A stretch of 63,956 nucleotides of DNA, the filler included. It is 5 parts of 5 records of this genome, joined end to end, with 100 filler letters (N's around TTAATTAATTAA, not from the genome) between each part and the next. Parts side by side here need not be neighbours in the genome. Positions count along the whole stretch, not along the records: positions 15,073 to 26,521 come from SRR31156797_23323; positions 26,622 to 51,917 come from SRR31156797_23338; 3 more parts are not named here. One strand, 5' to 3'. Every line of letters begins with the position of its first letter. Position 1 is the stretch's first letter. The notes below the pieces were generated by a model. That model was given only the letters and a program-made list of their open reading frames with translations. It did no database searches and had not been told where the DNA came from. A program made the position numbers and the translations under genes. This document shows, piece by piece, positions 26,406 through 37,198 of the stretch.

Positions 26406-26521
26406 TTATGCTATCCGCCAACCGTCTGAGTTACGGACCAACTTGAATGCTGCGTTGCTGATATCACAGGCCATATCTTCAGAAAGCCCCATGATTTTGA
26501 GGCCGTTCCGTCCAATGGTAA
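26406..26521 (-). CDS. C-terminal fragment of a tail-fibre protein (not in the ORF track)
   Basis: Minus-strand translation TIGRNGLKIMGLSEDMACDISNAAFKLVRNSDGWRIA*, a typical fibre C-terminal motif. Confidence 0.65.
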
Positions 26522-26621
26522 NNNNNNNNNNNNNNNNNNNNNNNNNNNNNNNNNNNNNNNNNNNNTTAATTAATTAANNNNNNNNNNNNNNNNNNNNNNN
26601 NNNNNNNNNNNNNNNNNNNNN
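26522..26621. other. Artificial contig linker
   Basis: N44-TTAATTAATTAA-N44. Confidence 0.98.
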
Positions 26622-26657
26622 GATTATTAATCATTGGATCAGGAGCTCTGAGTTTGT

Positions 26658-26690
26658 AAAGGGAGTGGGTAAACAAATCCACTCCCTTTT
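26658..26690 (+). terminator. Terminator hairpin
   Basis: AAAGGGAGTGG...CCACTCCCTTTT. Confidence 0.65.
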
Positions 26691-26725
26691 CGTTTTGTGT
26701 GACCAGAGACCACATAACATAAAAA

Positions 26726-27685
26726 ATGTCTGAAATCTCATTCCCATGGGGACATAGCCGCCGATTTAACGCTTATGCCCAGTACTTCCAAAAAGTGTTT
26801 GGTGGCCGTGTACAAAAAGTAACCGTTGATGCCGGGTTTACCTGCCCCAACCGTGATGGCACTAAAGGCCGCGGCGGTTGTACCTACTGTAACAATGAGG
26901 CTTTTAATCCCTCTTACTGCTCGCCTCAAAAATCCATCAAACAACAAATCGAAGAAGGTATCGAATTTCATAAAAACCGGTACCGCCGGGCTGAAAAGTT
27001 CCTGGCCTATTTTCAGGCTTATTCCAATACCTACGACTCGCTTGAAAACCTCAAACGCAGATATGATCAGGCATTGGAAATCGAGCATATTGTGGGGTTA
27101 GTTATCGGCACCCGGCCCGATTGCATTGATGAGGAAAAACTGAAATATTTTGCTGATCTGTCAAAAACCCACTATGTCATAATTGAATATGGCCTGGAAT
27201 CCTGCTATGATGAATCTTTACAGCGGATCAGCCGCGGCCATACTTTCCGGGAATCAGTTGATGCATTGGAACTCACCGCTTCTTTTGGACTCAAGACCGG
27301 AGTGCATATAATTTTCGGTTTGCCCGGCGAAACCAAGCAGATGATGATCGATGAAGCTCAAATTTTATCATCGCTGCCTATTAACACCCTTAAAATCCAC
27401 CAGCTTCAGATTGTTAAAAATACAAAAATGGCTGATGATTTTAATTCCTGCCCTGATGACTATTCATTCTTTGATGTTGAAGAATATATCGACCTGATAA
27501 TTCTTTTTCTTGAAAAGCTGTCACCCAAAATTGTTGTTGAACGCTTTGCAGGAGAAGTGCCTCCATGCTTTTTGGCCGGACCACAATGGAGCCTGCTCAG
27601 ATATGATCAGATTTTACAAAAAATTGAAAAGAAACTAAAAGCGCGTAATAGCTGGCAGGGAAAAACGTTTGCATCCCATTATTAG
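26726..27685 (+). CDS. TIGR01212 (YhcC-like) radical SAM protein
   Basis: GFTCPNRDG..GGCTYC, YFQAYSNTY, IGTRPDC, HIIFGLPGE. Confidence 0.9.
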   Translation: MSEISFPWGHSRRFNAYAQYFQKVFGGRVQKVTVDAGFTCPNRDGTKGRGGCTYCNNEAFNPSYCSPQKSIKQQIEEGIEFHKNRYRRAEKFLAYFQAYSNTYDSLENLKRRYDQALEIEHIVGLVIGTRPDCIDEEKLKYFADLSKTHYVIIEYGLESCYDESLQRISRGHTFRESVDALELTASFGLKTGVHIIFGLPGETKQMMIDEAQILSSLPINTLKIHQLQIVKNTKMADDFNSCPDDYSFFDVEEYIDLIILFLEKLSPKIVVERFAGEVPPCFLAGPQWSLLRYDQILQKIEKKLKARNSWQGKTFASHY

Positions 27686-27782
27686 ATGTATTCTAATTTC
27701 ATTTGGATTGCCTAAATATTTAACTTTGCAGCATAAATGTTTAATGCTAAACAACTAATTTTTAATTCAAATCAAATACATT

Positions 27783-30700
27783 ATGTTTAGAAAATTACAA
27801 TTGTTAATTCTTTTCGTAGCAATTTCATTGGCTACGTTTGCACAAGACTGGACCGAAGTTAGTTCTGACCTGGCGTCAGGGCTGGGTATCGGTCAGATTT
27901 CGATCGGCATGAACGATGGCTCTGCCGTATGGGCATTGGCTATCAACAATGACGGTACGATAAATGACGCATTTACACGCTCTACAGATGGCGGTCAGAC
28001 CTGGTCAGCCGGAACATTCAATGCCGGAACAGGCCTTTCACAAATTTTTGCCATCGATGCCAACACCTGCTGGGCTGTGTTTAACACAGGAGCAGATCAG
28101 GGTCTTTACAAAACTGAAGACGGAGGCGCAACCTGGACCAAAAAGGGTGGTGCATACGGCGGAAGTTCATTTGCCAACGTTATTCACTTCTTTAACGACA
28201 ACGACGGATTTGCCCAGGGCGACCCGGTTGGCGGTTACTATGAATTGTACACCACAACCGATGGTGGCGAAAGCTGGACAAGAGTTCCTGAAGGTGATAT
28301 TCCTGCTCCAACATCAGGTGAATATGGAATTACCGGTAACTACAGCGCTGTAGGTAACAGCATCTGGTGGGGAACCAACCAGGGCCGTGTTTTCTACTCT
28401 TCTGACAAAGGTTTAACCTGGGATGCCAGCACATTACCTTTTGGAACAACAAACGTTGTTCAGCCTTTATTTAAAGATGAAAACGTAGGTATCGCTTTCC
28501 GTTCATACCTGGATATGGGTATTGAACCCGAATTGAATGTAACTACAGATGGTGGTGCCACATGGACATCCGTTCTCGTAAACGGTGACATGTATGCTCG
28601 TTGGTTCGACTACATCCCCGGAACAACCGGAACATGGGTTGGCAGCTCATCAGAACCTACTTTCGAAGGAATCAGCTTTACACTTGATGATGGTGCCACC
28701 TGGAATGATCTTACCATTGGTGTGCCGGTTCAGGCTCCTGAATTTGTTGATAACGAAACCGGTTGGGCCGGAACATGGTCTGACGGCAGTTCATCAGGTA
28801 TCCTGATTTACAACGGCGACCCGATTGGTGGTGGCGGCGGTGCTGAAATCGTTGAAGATTTCGAAAGCTACAACGCCGGCGAAAAACTCGTTGAGCAGGC
28901 ACTTGCCCAAGGGCTGGATTACTGGACTTGCTGGAGTGGTGACGGCGGTGCCGGTGGCGCTGAAGACGGAACCGTTTCAGCAGAGCAGGTTTTCACGGGG
29001 GACAACTCTGTGATGTGCGATGGCACAAACGACTTTGTAATGTTGTTTGGTGATAAAACAGCTGGTAAATACGCTGTGGATTTTTACATGTATGTTCCTT
29101 CAGGATTCGTTGGATATTACAACCTGCTCCAGGCATGGGGACCCGGCGGAACAGGTGCTACATGGGGCCTCGAAATTTATTTCAACCCCGGAGGTATTGC
29201 AGAAATTACTGCTGAAGGTGTTACCGGTATCGAAACATTCAGCTATGCTTATGATACTTGGTTCCACGTTGAAAACATCATCAACCTCAACATGGATGAA
29301 GCCATGCTCATGATTGATGGAACAGAGATCCTGACATGGGAATGGAGCGTTGGTGCTTCAGGTGGAGGAATCAACCAGCTTGCAGCCATGGATATTTATG
29401 CTGCTGCAACTAACGGAACACCAAAATTCTTTATGGATGACATTCAGCTTATCGAGCTTGAGCCTCCGGTAGGCCCTCCTACAATTGGTGTTGATCCGAT
29501 GTCATTCACTATAGATCTCGATGCCGGTACTTCAACCACCGAAACACTGATGATCTCGAATGATGGTATCGCTCCAATGAACTGGTCAGCATTTCCTCAG
29601 TATACCGTTGGCAAATCACTCAAAGGTGCTGAATACAACAGGGTAGTTGATTATAAATCAATTGAAATTCCTGAGCTATCAGTTACTAAAGGTTTGGGCT
29701 ATCCTGCTCCGGCAAACAGCGATCTTGACGTCACCCTGAACTATGATGGTGAAAATGCAAGTGCTGTTGGTCTCACTAATGGTGGCACATTCGAATTTGG
29801 CGCTAAATTCCCAACTGATATGACAAGCCCATACATTACCATGGACATTTTTCAAGTTCAGGTTTGGGTTAACGATATTGTAACAAATTCAGTTGTCCGC
29901 GTTTACGGACATGGATATGACGATGCTCCGGGCGAACTGCTCGCCGAAAAGGAGTTTACCTCAATCATCGGGTGGAACAATGTTCTTCTTGATGCTCCCG
30001 TAACCATTACAGGTGGTGATGTTTGGGTTACATGTGAAGTTACGCATGACGCCGGTTTATTCCCGGCCGGTAACGATGCAGGCCCTCACACAACCAATGG
30101 CGACTGGTTTAAAGGCGGTGCTTCATGGGTGCCCATGCACGTAGCAAATCCTGATCTGGATGCCAACTGGAACGTTCGCGCTGTTGCTACAGGCGATCCG
30201 ATGGACGGATGGATTGTGCTTAATCCTGCTAATGGTGAATTGAATGGTGGTGACTCAGAGGATGTAACTGTTACATTTGATGCTTCCGAACTTTCAGCCG
30301 GTACATACAATGCCAATATTATGGTAAACAGCAACGACCCTGCAACTCCGACTGCTATGGTTCCTGTAGAATTAACAGTAACAGGCGGTGTGGCACTTGA
30401 TCCTCCTACAAACTTAACAGCTGAATTGGTTGGAACAAATGATGCAGAACTTAACTGGGTTTCACCAGGTCCTGCTCCTGCATTCTTTGAAGGTTTTGAA
30501 GGCACTTTCCCACCAGCTGACTGGGCTAAAATCAGTCCTGATGGTGGTACTGGCTGGGAACAACTTGGCGTTGGCACAACACCGCTTCCGGGCTGGACGG
30601 GTGGCGAAGCTACTGCCCCACCTGACGGCGGTGATTTTCAGGCTTTTTGCACCTGGACAACCGGTGGTGCTGCTTCAAACGACCAATGGATTGTAACTCC

Positions 30701-31544
30701 GATGCTCAATGTTAGTGATGGAACTATGCTGGAGTTTTACATGGTTTGTTATTATGATACTTATGCTGATTATGTTGAGGTGCTTATCTCAACAGGCAGC
30801 CAGACTGACCCTTCTGACTTCGATGTTGTTGTTGCAGAAATTGATTTCCCGGTTGGCTCAACCACGGATTGGACCATGTATTCATATGACCTGAGCCAGT
30901 TTGTATCTCCCGGAACTGATGTTTATATCGCTTTCCGCGAAACTGTTGCTGATAACCTAAATGATGGTAGCGCAATTTCAATTGACAACGTTTATGTTGG
31001 TGAAGGAACTTTCCTTGCTGATGTTGAGCCATCAAATACACAGAGTTTTGTAGGTGGCAAAGACCTTGACTATGTTCATGTTCCAAGCAACTATGATCTG
31101 CAGGACAGAGGCACTGATGCACTTCTCGGTTTCAATGTTTACAGAGACGGTAATAAAATCAATGATGATTTGGTAACTGAAACAACCTACATGGATGTAG
31201 ATTTAGGTGCCGGAACTTACATTTACACGGTTACTGCAGTTTACGATGAAGGAGAATCAGATCCTTCAAACGAAGCTACCGTTGAAGTACCTGTTGGTAT
31301 CGGAGAAATTCCTGAATCATCTTTCAATGTATATCCGAATCCTGCTAACAACCTTGTAAATATTTCGAGTGATGTTGAACTGAAATCAGTTAGAATCACA
31401 AATTATACCGGACAGGTTGTGTTTAGCAGCTTTGCTACAGGTAATGAACTCAAAGTAAATACCAGCGATTTTGCTGCAGGTATTTATGTGATTCAATTAG
31501 AAACAGAAAAAGGTAAAGCAACTTCAAAACTTGTAATAGAATAA
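27783..31544 (+). CDS. T9SS-secreted multidomain protein (BNR propeller, Ig-like, cleaved-adhesin-like, FN3, C-terminal sorting domain)
   Basis: Signal peptide; S/T-x-D-G-G-x-T-W repeats; FEGFEG..DQWIVTP..IDNV; YDEGESDPSN; VYPNPA..AGIYVI..KLVIE. Confidence 0.85.
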   Translation: MFRKLQLLILFVAISLATFAQDWTEVSSDLASGLGIGQISIGMNDGSAVWALAINNDGTINDAFTRSTDGGQTWSAGTFNAGTGLSQIFAIDANTCWAVFNTGADQGLYKTEDGGATWTKKGGAYGGSSFANVIHFFNDNDGFAQGDPVGGYYELYTTTDGGESWTRVPEGDIPAPTSGEYGITGNYSAVGNSIWWGTNQGRVFYSSDKGLTWDASTLPFGTTNVVQPLFKDENVGIAFRSYLDMGIEPELNVTTDGGATWTSVLVNGDMYARWFDYIPGTTGTWVGSSSEPTFEGISFTLDDGATWNDLTIGVPVQAPEFVDNETGWAGTWSDGSSSGILIYNGDPIGGGGGAEIVEDFESYNAGEKLVEQALAQGLDYWTCWSGDGGAGGAEDGTVSAEQVFTGDNSVMCDGTNDFVMLFGDKTAGKYAVDFYMYVPSGFVGYYNLLQAWGPGGTGATWGLEIYFNPGGIAEITAEGVTGIETFSYAYDTWFHVENIINLNMDEAMLMIDGTEILTWEWSVGASGGGINQLAAMDIYAAATNGTPKFFMDDIQLIELEPPVGPPTIGVDPMSFTIDLDAGTSTTETLMISNDGIAPMNWSAFPQYTVGKSLKGAEYNRVVDYKSIEIPELSVTKGLGYPAPANSDLDVTLNYDGENASAVGLTNGGTFEFGAKFPTDMTSPYITMDIFQVQVWVNDIVTNSVVRVYGHGYDDAPGELLAEKEFTSIIGWNNVLLDAPVTITGGDVWVTCEVTHDAGLFPAGNDAGPHTTNGDWFKGGASWVPMHVANPDLDANWNVRAVATGDPMDGWIVLNPANGELNGGDSEDVTVTFDASELSAGTYNANIMVNSNDPATPTAMVPVELTVTGGVALDPPTNLTAELVGTNDAELNWVSPGPAPAFFEGFEGTFPPADWAKISPDGGTGWEQLGVGTTPLPGWTGGEATAPPDGGDFQAFCTWTTGGAASNDQWIVTPMLNVSDGTMLEFYMVCYYDTYADYVEVLISTGSQTDPSDFDVVVAEIDFPVGSTTDWTMYSYDLSQFVSPGTDVYIAFRETVADNLNDGSAISIDNVYVGEGTFLADVEPSNTQSFVGGKDLDYVHVPSNYDLQDRGTDALLGFNVYRDGNKINDDLVTETTYMDVDLGAGTYIYTVTAVYDEGESDPSNEATVEVPVGIGEIPESSFNVYPNPANNLVNISSDVELKSVRITNYTGQVVFSSFATGNELKVNTSDFAAGIYVIQLETEKGKATSKLVIE

Positions 31545-31567
31545 TCCACCTTTTTCAGATAAAACAC

Positions 31568-31599
31568 AAAGTCCCGGCAAATTTGCCGGGACTTTTTTT
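31568..31599 (+). terminator. Rho-independent terminator
   Basis: AAAGTCCCGGCAA-AT-TTGCCGGGACTTTTTTT. Confidence 0.85.
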
Positions 31600-31604
31600 A
31601 TACC

Positions 31605-31946
31605 ATGGAAAACAAAGATTCATTTTTTGACCAGGTTTACGAAGTTGTTAGGCTCATCCCTCATGGTCGGGTAACCAGCTACGGTGCTATTGCCGCCTAT
31701 TTGGGGACAAAAGGCTCGGCAAGAATGGTGGGCTGGGCCATGAATGCATCTCACTCAGCTAAAGAAAATCTCCCGGCACACCGTGTGGTAAACAGGGTTG
31801 GAATGCTTACCGGGAAAAATCATTTTGGCAGCCCGACAGTAATGCAACAATTGCTCGAAAGCGAAGGGGTTAAAGTGCTTGATGACAAGGTTGTGGATTA
31901 CGAAAAGCATTTCTGGGATCCGGCAATTGAGCTGAACTTAGAATAA
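31605..31946 (+). CDS. Alkyltransferase-like (ATL/MGMT-family) protein
   Basis: IPHGRVTSYGAIA, ARMVGWAM; PAHRVVN has Ala in place of the catalytic Cys. Confidence 0.85.
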   Translation: MENKDSFFDQVYEVVRLIPHGRVTSYGAIAAYLGTKGSARMVGWAMNASHSAKENLPAHRVVNRVGMLTGKNHFGSPTVMQQLLESEGVKVLDDKVVDYEKHFWDPAIELNLE

Positions 31947-31948
31947 CA

Positions 31949-32896
31949 CTACACCTCCTTCCACTCCACAATGTTGCCCCGCTCCCTGGTGAGCATATAA
32001 TCCGGAACAGAAGTCCTGATCTCTTCAAATAATAGTTTTAGCAATCTTTCCTTGGCAAACGTTCTGGAAAAAACAAGGCTCACTTCCCTTAGTGGTGTGT
32101 AGTGGTTAAAGGAGCGCACCTGATTTTTCGCTTTCGCAGGCAATTCTACCACGGCAAGCTCTGGAAGTAAAGTAAACCCACCTTCTATATCAATAATCTT
32201 CATCAACGTTTCCAGCGATCCTCCTTCGAATTCAAAGGGCAGTTCATTTTCAGGTAATTCGGGTATGGAACAGAGGTTTACCACCTGGTCGCGAAAACAA
32301 TGCCCGTCAGACAGAAGCCAAATTTCCGGTGTTTCCACATCTTTAACCAGAATCTCCTCCTTGCGCAAAAGCCGGTGCCCCGGGCTGGCATAAATTTTCA
32401 TCTCCTCATAAAACATTGGCCACTCCTTCAATCTTTCATCATGATAGGGTGTCACAAAAATCCCGGCATCCAGGTCGTCGTTCTTCAGGCCTTCAACAAT
32501 CCTGTCGGTCACCATTTCCTGAATAATGAAATGTACATCAGCATACTTTTTAATGAAACCACCGGCAAACCGGGGAAGGAGATAAGGTGCAAGCGTTGGG
32601 ATTATTCCGATCCTGATTTGTCCGGAAATGTTCTTATTGAAGTCATTGATGATTTCGTGAATCTCTTGATTTTGCTGCTTAACCACTTTGGCCTGGTCGA
32701 TTATCAGCCTTCCCACTTCTGTTGCAATTACTGGCTTTTTACTTCTGTCAAAAATAATGATGCCCAAATCCTCTTCCAGCTTTTTTATCTGCATACTCAG
32801 GGTAGGTTGCGTTACAAAACAGGCTTCAGAAGCCCGGGCAAAATTCCGGAATTTGTCGACAGCAATGATGTATTCCAATTGAATGAGTGTGATCAT
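31949..32896 (-). CDS. oxyR: OxyR peroxide-sensing LysR regulator
   Basis: LysR HTH, GHCFRDQVVNLC two-Cys motif, SLETL; divergent from dps. Confidence 0.92.
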   Translation of the reverse strand: MITLIQLEYIIAVDKFRNFARASEACFVTQPTLSMQIKKLEEDLGIIIFDRSKKPVIATEVGRLIIDQAKVVKQQNQEIHEIINDFNKNISGQIRIGIIPTLAPYLLPRFAGGFIKKYADVHFIIQEMVTDRIVEGLKNDDLDAGIFVTPYHDERLKEWPMFYEEMKIYASPGHRLLRKEEILVKDVETPEIWLLSDGHCFRDQVVNLCSIPELPENELPFEFEGGSLETLMKIIDIEGGFTLLPELAVVELPAKAKNQVRSFNHYTPLREVSLVFSRTFAKERLLKLLFEEIRTSVPDYMLTRERGNIVEWKEV

Positions 32897-33025
32897 GATC
32901 TGTTATTTAAACAAAAATATAAATTTTATCTATCAGTTTATAAATTTATTCGATTTGTTTTATAAGATTACCGCACCTATTTTTGCACTGTCAATTTATT
33001 TCAATAACACTTAAACACTTAAACA

Positions 33026-33487
33026 ATGACAAATTCAGGAAATGAAAAAATATCAGAAACAATTAACTTTCTAAACGACCTGTTGGCCAATTATGCCATT
33101 TATTATCAAAATCTGCGGTCGCTGCACTGGAATGTGAAAGGCATACATTTTTTTACATTACACCAAAAGTTTGAAGAAGAATACCTTGATGCACAGGAAA
33201 GTGTAGACGAAATTGCTGAAAGAATTTTATCTTTGGGGGGTAAACCAAAAAGCAGATTTTCTGTTTACCTAAACGATTCTGAAATAGCGGAATTTAACCA
33301 ATATATCGATGCGCCGTCGAGTATCAAAACGGTAGTTGATAATTTGAACATATTACTTGATAAGGAAAAGAAAATACTTAATCTGGCCACTGAAAGTAGC
33401 GACGACGGAACTGCGGATTTAATGACAGGGTTTATCAGCAAGCAGGAAAAAAACAGGTGGATGTTCAATGCATCGATCAACGAATAA
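33026..33487 (+). CDS. dps: Dps DNA-binding ferritin-like protein
   Basis: LHWNVKG..FFTLHQKFEE..DEIAERIL. Confidence 0.93.
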   Translation: MTNSGNEKISETINFLNDLLANYAIYYQNLRSLHWNVKGIHFFTLHQKFEEEYLDAQESVDEIAERILSLGGKPKSRFSVYLNDSEIAEFNQYIDAPSSIKTVVDNLNILLDKEKKILNLATESSDDGTADLMTGFISKQEKNRWMFNASINE

Positions 33488-33533
33488 TAAAGCTCAACCA
33501 AAAAATAACTTTTAACTTTTAAATTATCTCACA

Positions 33534-34187
33534 ATGGAACAAGAAACAATGAAGGTTCAACAAATGCCAAGAATCGGCGATATGGCTCCTGATTTTAAGG
33601 CCATGACAACAACGGGTGAAATTCAATTTTCGGAGTATAACAAAGGGAGCTGGGTAATTCTTTTCTCACACCCTGCCGACTTTACCCCAGTTTGCACAAC
33701 AGAGATGTCAGAATTTGCCAAACTGGAAGGCGAGTTTGCAAAATGGAACACCAAACTCATGGGTTTGAGTATCGACAGCATCCACTCACATGTAGCATGG
33801 GTTCACAATGTTAAGAAGAACCTGGGTATAACCATGCGTTTTCCAATCATTGCCGACCTCGATATGAAAGTGGCAAACCTCTACGGAATGATCCAGCCGG
33901 GCGAAGCTGAAACTGCAGCTGTTCGTGCAGTTTTCTTCATCGACCCACACGGAAAGATCAGGCTCATCATGTACTACCCACTCAACGTTGGCCGTAACAT
34001 GGATGAAATCTGGCGTGTACTTAAGGCACTTCAAACTTCAGATGAGAATGGCGTGGCCATGCCATTAAACTGGAAACCAGGCGCAAAAGTAATTGTTCCC
34101 CCACCAAAAACTGTTGACGAGATGGAAGACCGTGAACAAAGTGATTACGAAATGGTGGATTTCTATCTGGCAAAGAAAGATATCTAA
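33534..34187 (+). CDS. 1-Cys (Prx6-type) peroxiredoxin
   Basis: FSHPADFTPVCTTE; only one Cys in the protein. Confidence 0.9.
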   Translation: MEQETMKVQQMPRIGDMAPDFKAMTTTGEIQFSEYNKGSWVILFSHPADFTPVCTTEMSEFAKLEGEFAKWNTKLMGLSIDSIHSHVAWVHNVKKNLGITMRFPIIADLDMKVANLYGMIQPGEAETAAVRAVFFIDPHGKIRLIMYYPLNVGRNMDEIWRVLKALQTSDENGVAMPLNWKPGAKVIVPPPKTVDEMEDREQSDYEMVDFYLAKKDI

Positions 34188-34337
34188 TAATACACAGAAA
34201 ATTTTTTCATTATTGGGCCGGAATAATTTGTTCCGGCCTTTTTTATACACCTTTCTAAATAAGGCCTTGCATTTTCAAACACCTCAACCTGAGCATTTGA
34301 AAATAGTAATTTTGGCTATTCTCAAAAATTTAAACAA

Positions 34338-35402
34338 ATGACATATACTAAAGATCAGGTGCTGAAAGCCCTAAGGGAAGTCATTTACTTTCCCAAGAGC
34401 GACAATGTTGTTGCCCTGGAAATGATCGATAACATCGAAATCAACGGGAAAAAAATCAGCTTTACACTATTGTTTCCCGAACCCAATGATAAAAGTGCAG
34501 CCATTGTAGAGCAGGCCTGTGTTGATGCTGTTGAAAAACACCTTGGCGGGGATGTACAAATCCGTGGTAATATCACTTTAAAAGCCAAAACCCAGGATTC
34601 GCTGGATGGCATTAAGCATATAGTAGCTGTTGCATCGGGAAAAGGCGGCGTAGGTAAATCAACCGTTTCGGCAAACCTGGCTGTTGCCCTTCAAAAAGCG
34701 GGCAATAAAGTTGGAATTTTGGATGCTGACATATATGGCCCTTCAATTCCTTTGATGTTCGACCTTGTGGATTCCAAACCAATGGCTGAAAACCGCAATG
34801 GCCGCGATGTGATCATTCCGGCTGAAAAATATGGCATGAAAGTGCTTTCGATAGGATTTTTTGTTGATCAAAAACAAGCACTTTTGTGGCGCGGCCCGAT
34901 GGCTTCAAATGCGCTTAACCAACTACTCCGCGACACCGACTGGGGAGACCTCGACTACCTGGTTATTGATCTTCCTCCGGGAACCGGTGACATCCATCTG
35001 ACCATCGTTCAGGAAGCAAAGGTTTCGGGGGTGGCCATTGTCAGTACCCCGCAAAATGTTGCACTGGCAGATGCCCGTAAGGCTTTCAGCATGTTCAATT
35101 CTGATAAAATCAAAGTTCCCATTTTAGGACTCATCGAAAACATGTCGTATTTCACACCTGCCGAACTGCCCGATAACAAATATTACATCTTTGGAAAAGA
35201 AGGTGGTCAAAGGCTTGCAGAAGAATCTTCCGTGCCGTTCCTTGGAGAAATTCCTTTGGTACAAAGCATATGTGAATCGGGAGATAATGGAAAACCTGTT
35301 GCTCTGGAAGATGACAATAACCCCATTTCAAAAGCTTTCGATACACTCGCTCAAAACGTTATGAAACAATTGAACCAAAAGAAAACCTCACCATTTGCTT
35401 AA
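34338..35402 (+). CDS. apbC: Mrp/NBP35 Fe-S carrier ATPase
   Basis: SGKGGVGKST, DADIYGPS, WRGPM, DLPPGTGD, ENMS. Confidence 0.92.
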   Translation: MTYTKDQVLKALREVIYFPKSDNVVALEMIDNIEINGKKISFTLLFPEPNDKSAAIVEQACVDAVEKHLGGDVQIRGNITLKAKTQDSLDGIKHIVAVASGKGGVGKSTVSANLAVALQKAGNKVGILDADIYGPSIPLMFDLVDSKPMAENRNGRDVIIPAEKYGMKVLSIGFFVDQKQALLWRGPMASNALNQLLRDTDWGDLDYLVIDLPPGTGDIHLTIVQEAKVSGVAIVSTPQNVALADARKAFSMFNSDKIKVPILGLIENMSYFTPAELPDNKYYIFGKEGGQRLAEESSVPFLGEIPLVQSICESGDNGKPVALEDDNNPISKAFDTLAQNVMKQLNQKKTSPFA

Positions 35403-35442
35403 GGTTTTGTAATTTCGCATGCTCAATTAACAATATAACCTC

Positions 35443-35697
35443 ATGGATCAAAACAAAACAGAAATCACCAGGAAAGTAGAAAACGTGATTGAACAGATAA
35501 GGCCTTACCTCCAACAGGATGGCGGAGACATCGAATTTATTGAGTTCACCGATGAAAACGTTGTAAACGTTAAGTTGCTCGGTGCTTGCGGGTCATGCCC
35601 ATATAGCACCATGACATTGAAAAATGGTGTTGAAACCGCCATGAAGAAAGCCATCCCTGAAGTAAAATCAGTAGAGGCCGTTAACCTGGAAATTTAA
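35443..35697 (+). CDS. NifU C-terminal (Nfu) protein
   Basis: IRPYLQQDGGD, GACGSCP. Confidence 0.92.
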   Translation: MDQNKTEITRKVENVIEQIRPYLQQDGGDIEFIEFTDENVVNVKLLGACGSCPYSTMTLKNGVETAMKKAIPEVKSVEAVNLEI

Positions 35698-35718
35698 TTT
35701 CCGGAAAAACAGCACATA

Positions 35719-35755
35719 AGCGGGCAATCCATTTCAAAAAGGGTTGCCCGTTTTA
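35719..35755 (+). terminator. Terminator hairpin
   Basis: AAGCGGGCAATCC...GGGTTGCCCGTTTT. Confidence 0.7.
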
Positions 35756-35826
35756 TTTTGCGTAATTCTAAGCTTGATCAATAATCTTTTTGTACTTTGG
35801 TGCTTCATTTCAAAAATTCCGGTGAC

Positions 35827-37167
35827 GTGAAGAAAACTTTCATCCTTTTGGCTTTTATCTTCTCTATTTGTGTGTTAAGCGCACAAAATATCTACCATCC
35901 CTGGATTATCTCAGCTGGAAGTAATTTTGCAGATTTCAATGCTGTAAATAAACCTTTTGGTGAGCAATTTAAAAGTACAAACTGGATGGGAAAGAAAGCG
36001 CCTACCATGATCAGATTTGGCCGCCTTGTTAAGCCCTGCTTTTCCGTTTCATTAATTTATACAACGCTTACGCTTGAGACCGGTAAATTAAATGCCATTC
36101 CGCTGGATAAAAACATAACCGAGAGTTATTTTACAAAAGCCGGTTTGCAGGCCGAATACAGGTTTGCAAACGGAAAATTGCTTGAGGATGAATTTTTTAT
36201 TGATCCGTATGTTTTTACAGGCTTTTCGATATCCAACATTGATAAAGAAAACTATCCCGGCATCCCCGGAGGAGTTGGTGTAAATTTCTGGCCGCTGGAT
36301 TTCCTGGGGCTGAACTTCCAGGCATCATACGAATATCTTCTCGATTTTAATGACTACATCCATTATTCAGTTGGGATCACTGCCCGCTTCGGAAATATGA
36401 TTGACAAAGACCGTGATATGATTCCCGACAGGTATGACGCTTGCCCTGAAATATGGGGTTTGGAAAGTTTTGACGGCTGTCCGGATTATGACCACGACGG
36501 TGTGGTTGACAGTTTGGACCAGTGCCCAAAAGAACATGGATGGCCACCCAGCAACGGTTGCCCTGATTTTGACAAGGACGGCATTCCTGATAAGGAGGAC
36601 GCCTGCCCCTGCCTGGCCGGGCCAAAAAAATTTAATGGCTGCCCGGATTCCATTCAAAAAACAGCCTCCCCGGAACCAGCACCTGAGCCGGAACAGCAGG
36701 TTCTACCACCAGGTGAAAATCAAAATCCTGAAACACAATCGACCGAGATAGAAGAGCACCCTGAACCTCAAGCACCTGTTGAGGCTGCTTTACCATTAAC
36801 AAATCCTGAACCAGCCACCATCGATGAAGCCATCGACCCGCATCTCGACAACATCCATTTTGAAGCCAACAGCGCAGCCATAAAACCCACCTCCTTCGCA
36901 AGTCTGGATAAAATACTGGAGATCATGCAACAAAATCCGGAAAATTCTTTTACCATTCAGGGTTATACTGATGTGAGTGGCCCAAGCGAATACAACCTTT
37001 TCCTGTCGGAAGTAAGGGCTAAATCCATTAAAGAATACTTTGTGAAAAAGGGCGTTTCCGCTTCAAGTCTGGATGCGAAGGGTTTTGGTGAGATTGATGA
37101 TGCCCACTCCAACCGAAGTGAGGCAAGCCGGGCAAAAAACCGCCGGGTGGAAATTTATATGAAATAG
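35827..37167 (+). CDS. OmpA-family protein with TSP3 (DxDxDG..D.CP) repeats
   Basis: Beta-barrel N-terminus, repeated D.D.DG..D..D.CP, Pro/Glu linker, IHFE..GYTD..LS..RA..NRRVE; GTG start chosen for the signal peptide. Confidence 0.88.
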   Translation: MKKTFILLAFIFSICVLSAQNIYHPWIISAGSNFADFNAVNKPFGEQFKSTNWMGKKAPTMIRFGRLVKPCFSVSLIYTTLTLETGKLNAIPLDKNITESYFTKAGLQAEYRFANGKLLEDEFFIDPYVFTGFSISNIDKENYPGIPGGVGVNFWPLDFLGLNFQASYEYLLDFNDYIHYSVGITARFGNMIDKDRDMIPDRYDACPEIWGLESFDGCPDYDHDGVVDSLDQCPKEHGWPPSNGCPDFDKDGIPDKEDACPCLAGPKKFNGCPDSIQKTASPEPAPEPEQQVLPPGENQNPETQSTEIEEHPEPQAPVEAALPLTNPEPATIDEAIDPHLDNIHFEANSAAIKPTSFASLDKILEIMQQNPENSFTIQGYTDVSGPSEYNLFLSEVRAKSIKEYFVKKGVSASSLDAKGFGEIDDAHSNRSEASRAKNRRVEIYMK

Positions 37168-37198
37168 GCAATATTTTTGGTTTAAAAAAGGAAAGTAA

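Larger units (their letters stand above)
15073..26521 (-). mobile_element. P1-like phage / phage-plasmid fragment (tail fibre and Dar anti-restriction region)
   Basis: Tightly coupled minus-strand genes: tail-fibre-like genes, hdf, darA, ddrA-like and a DdrB/DarB-containing polyvalent protein. Confidence 0.85.
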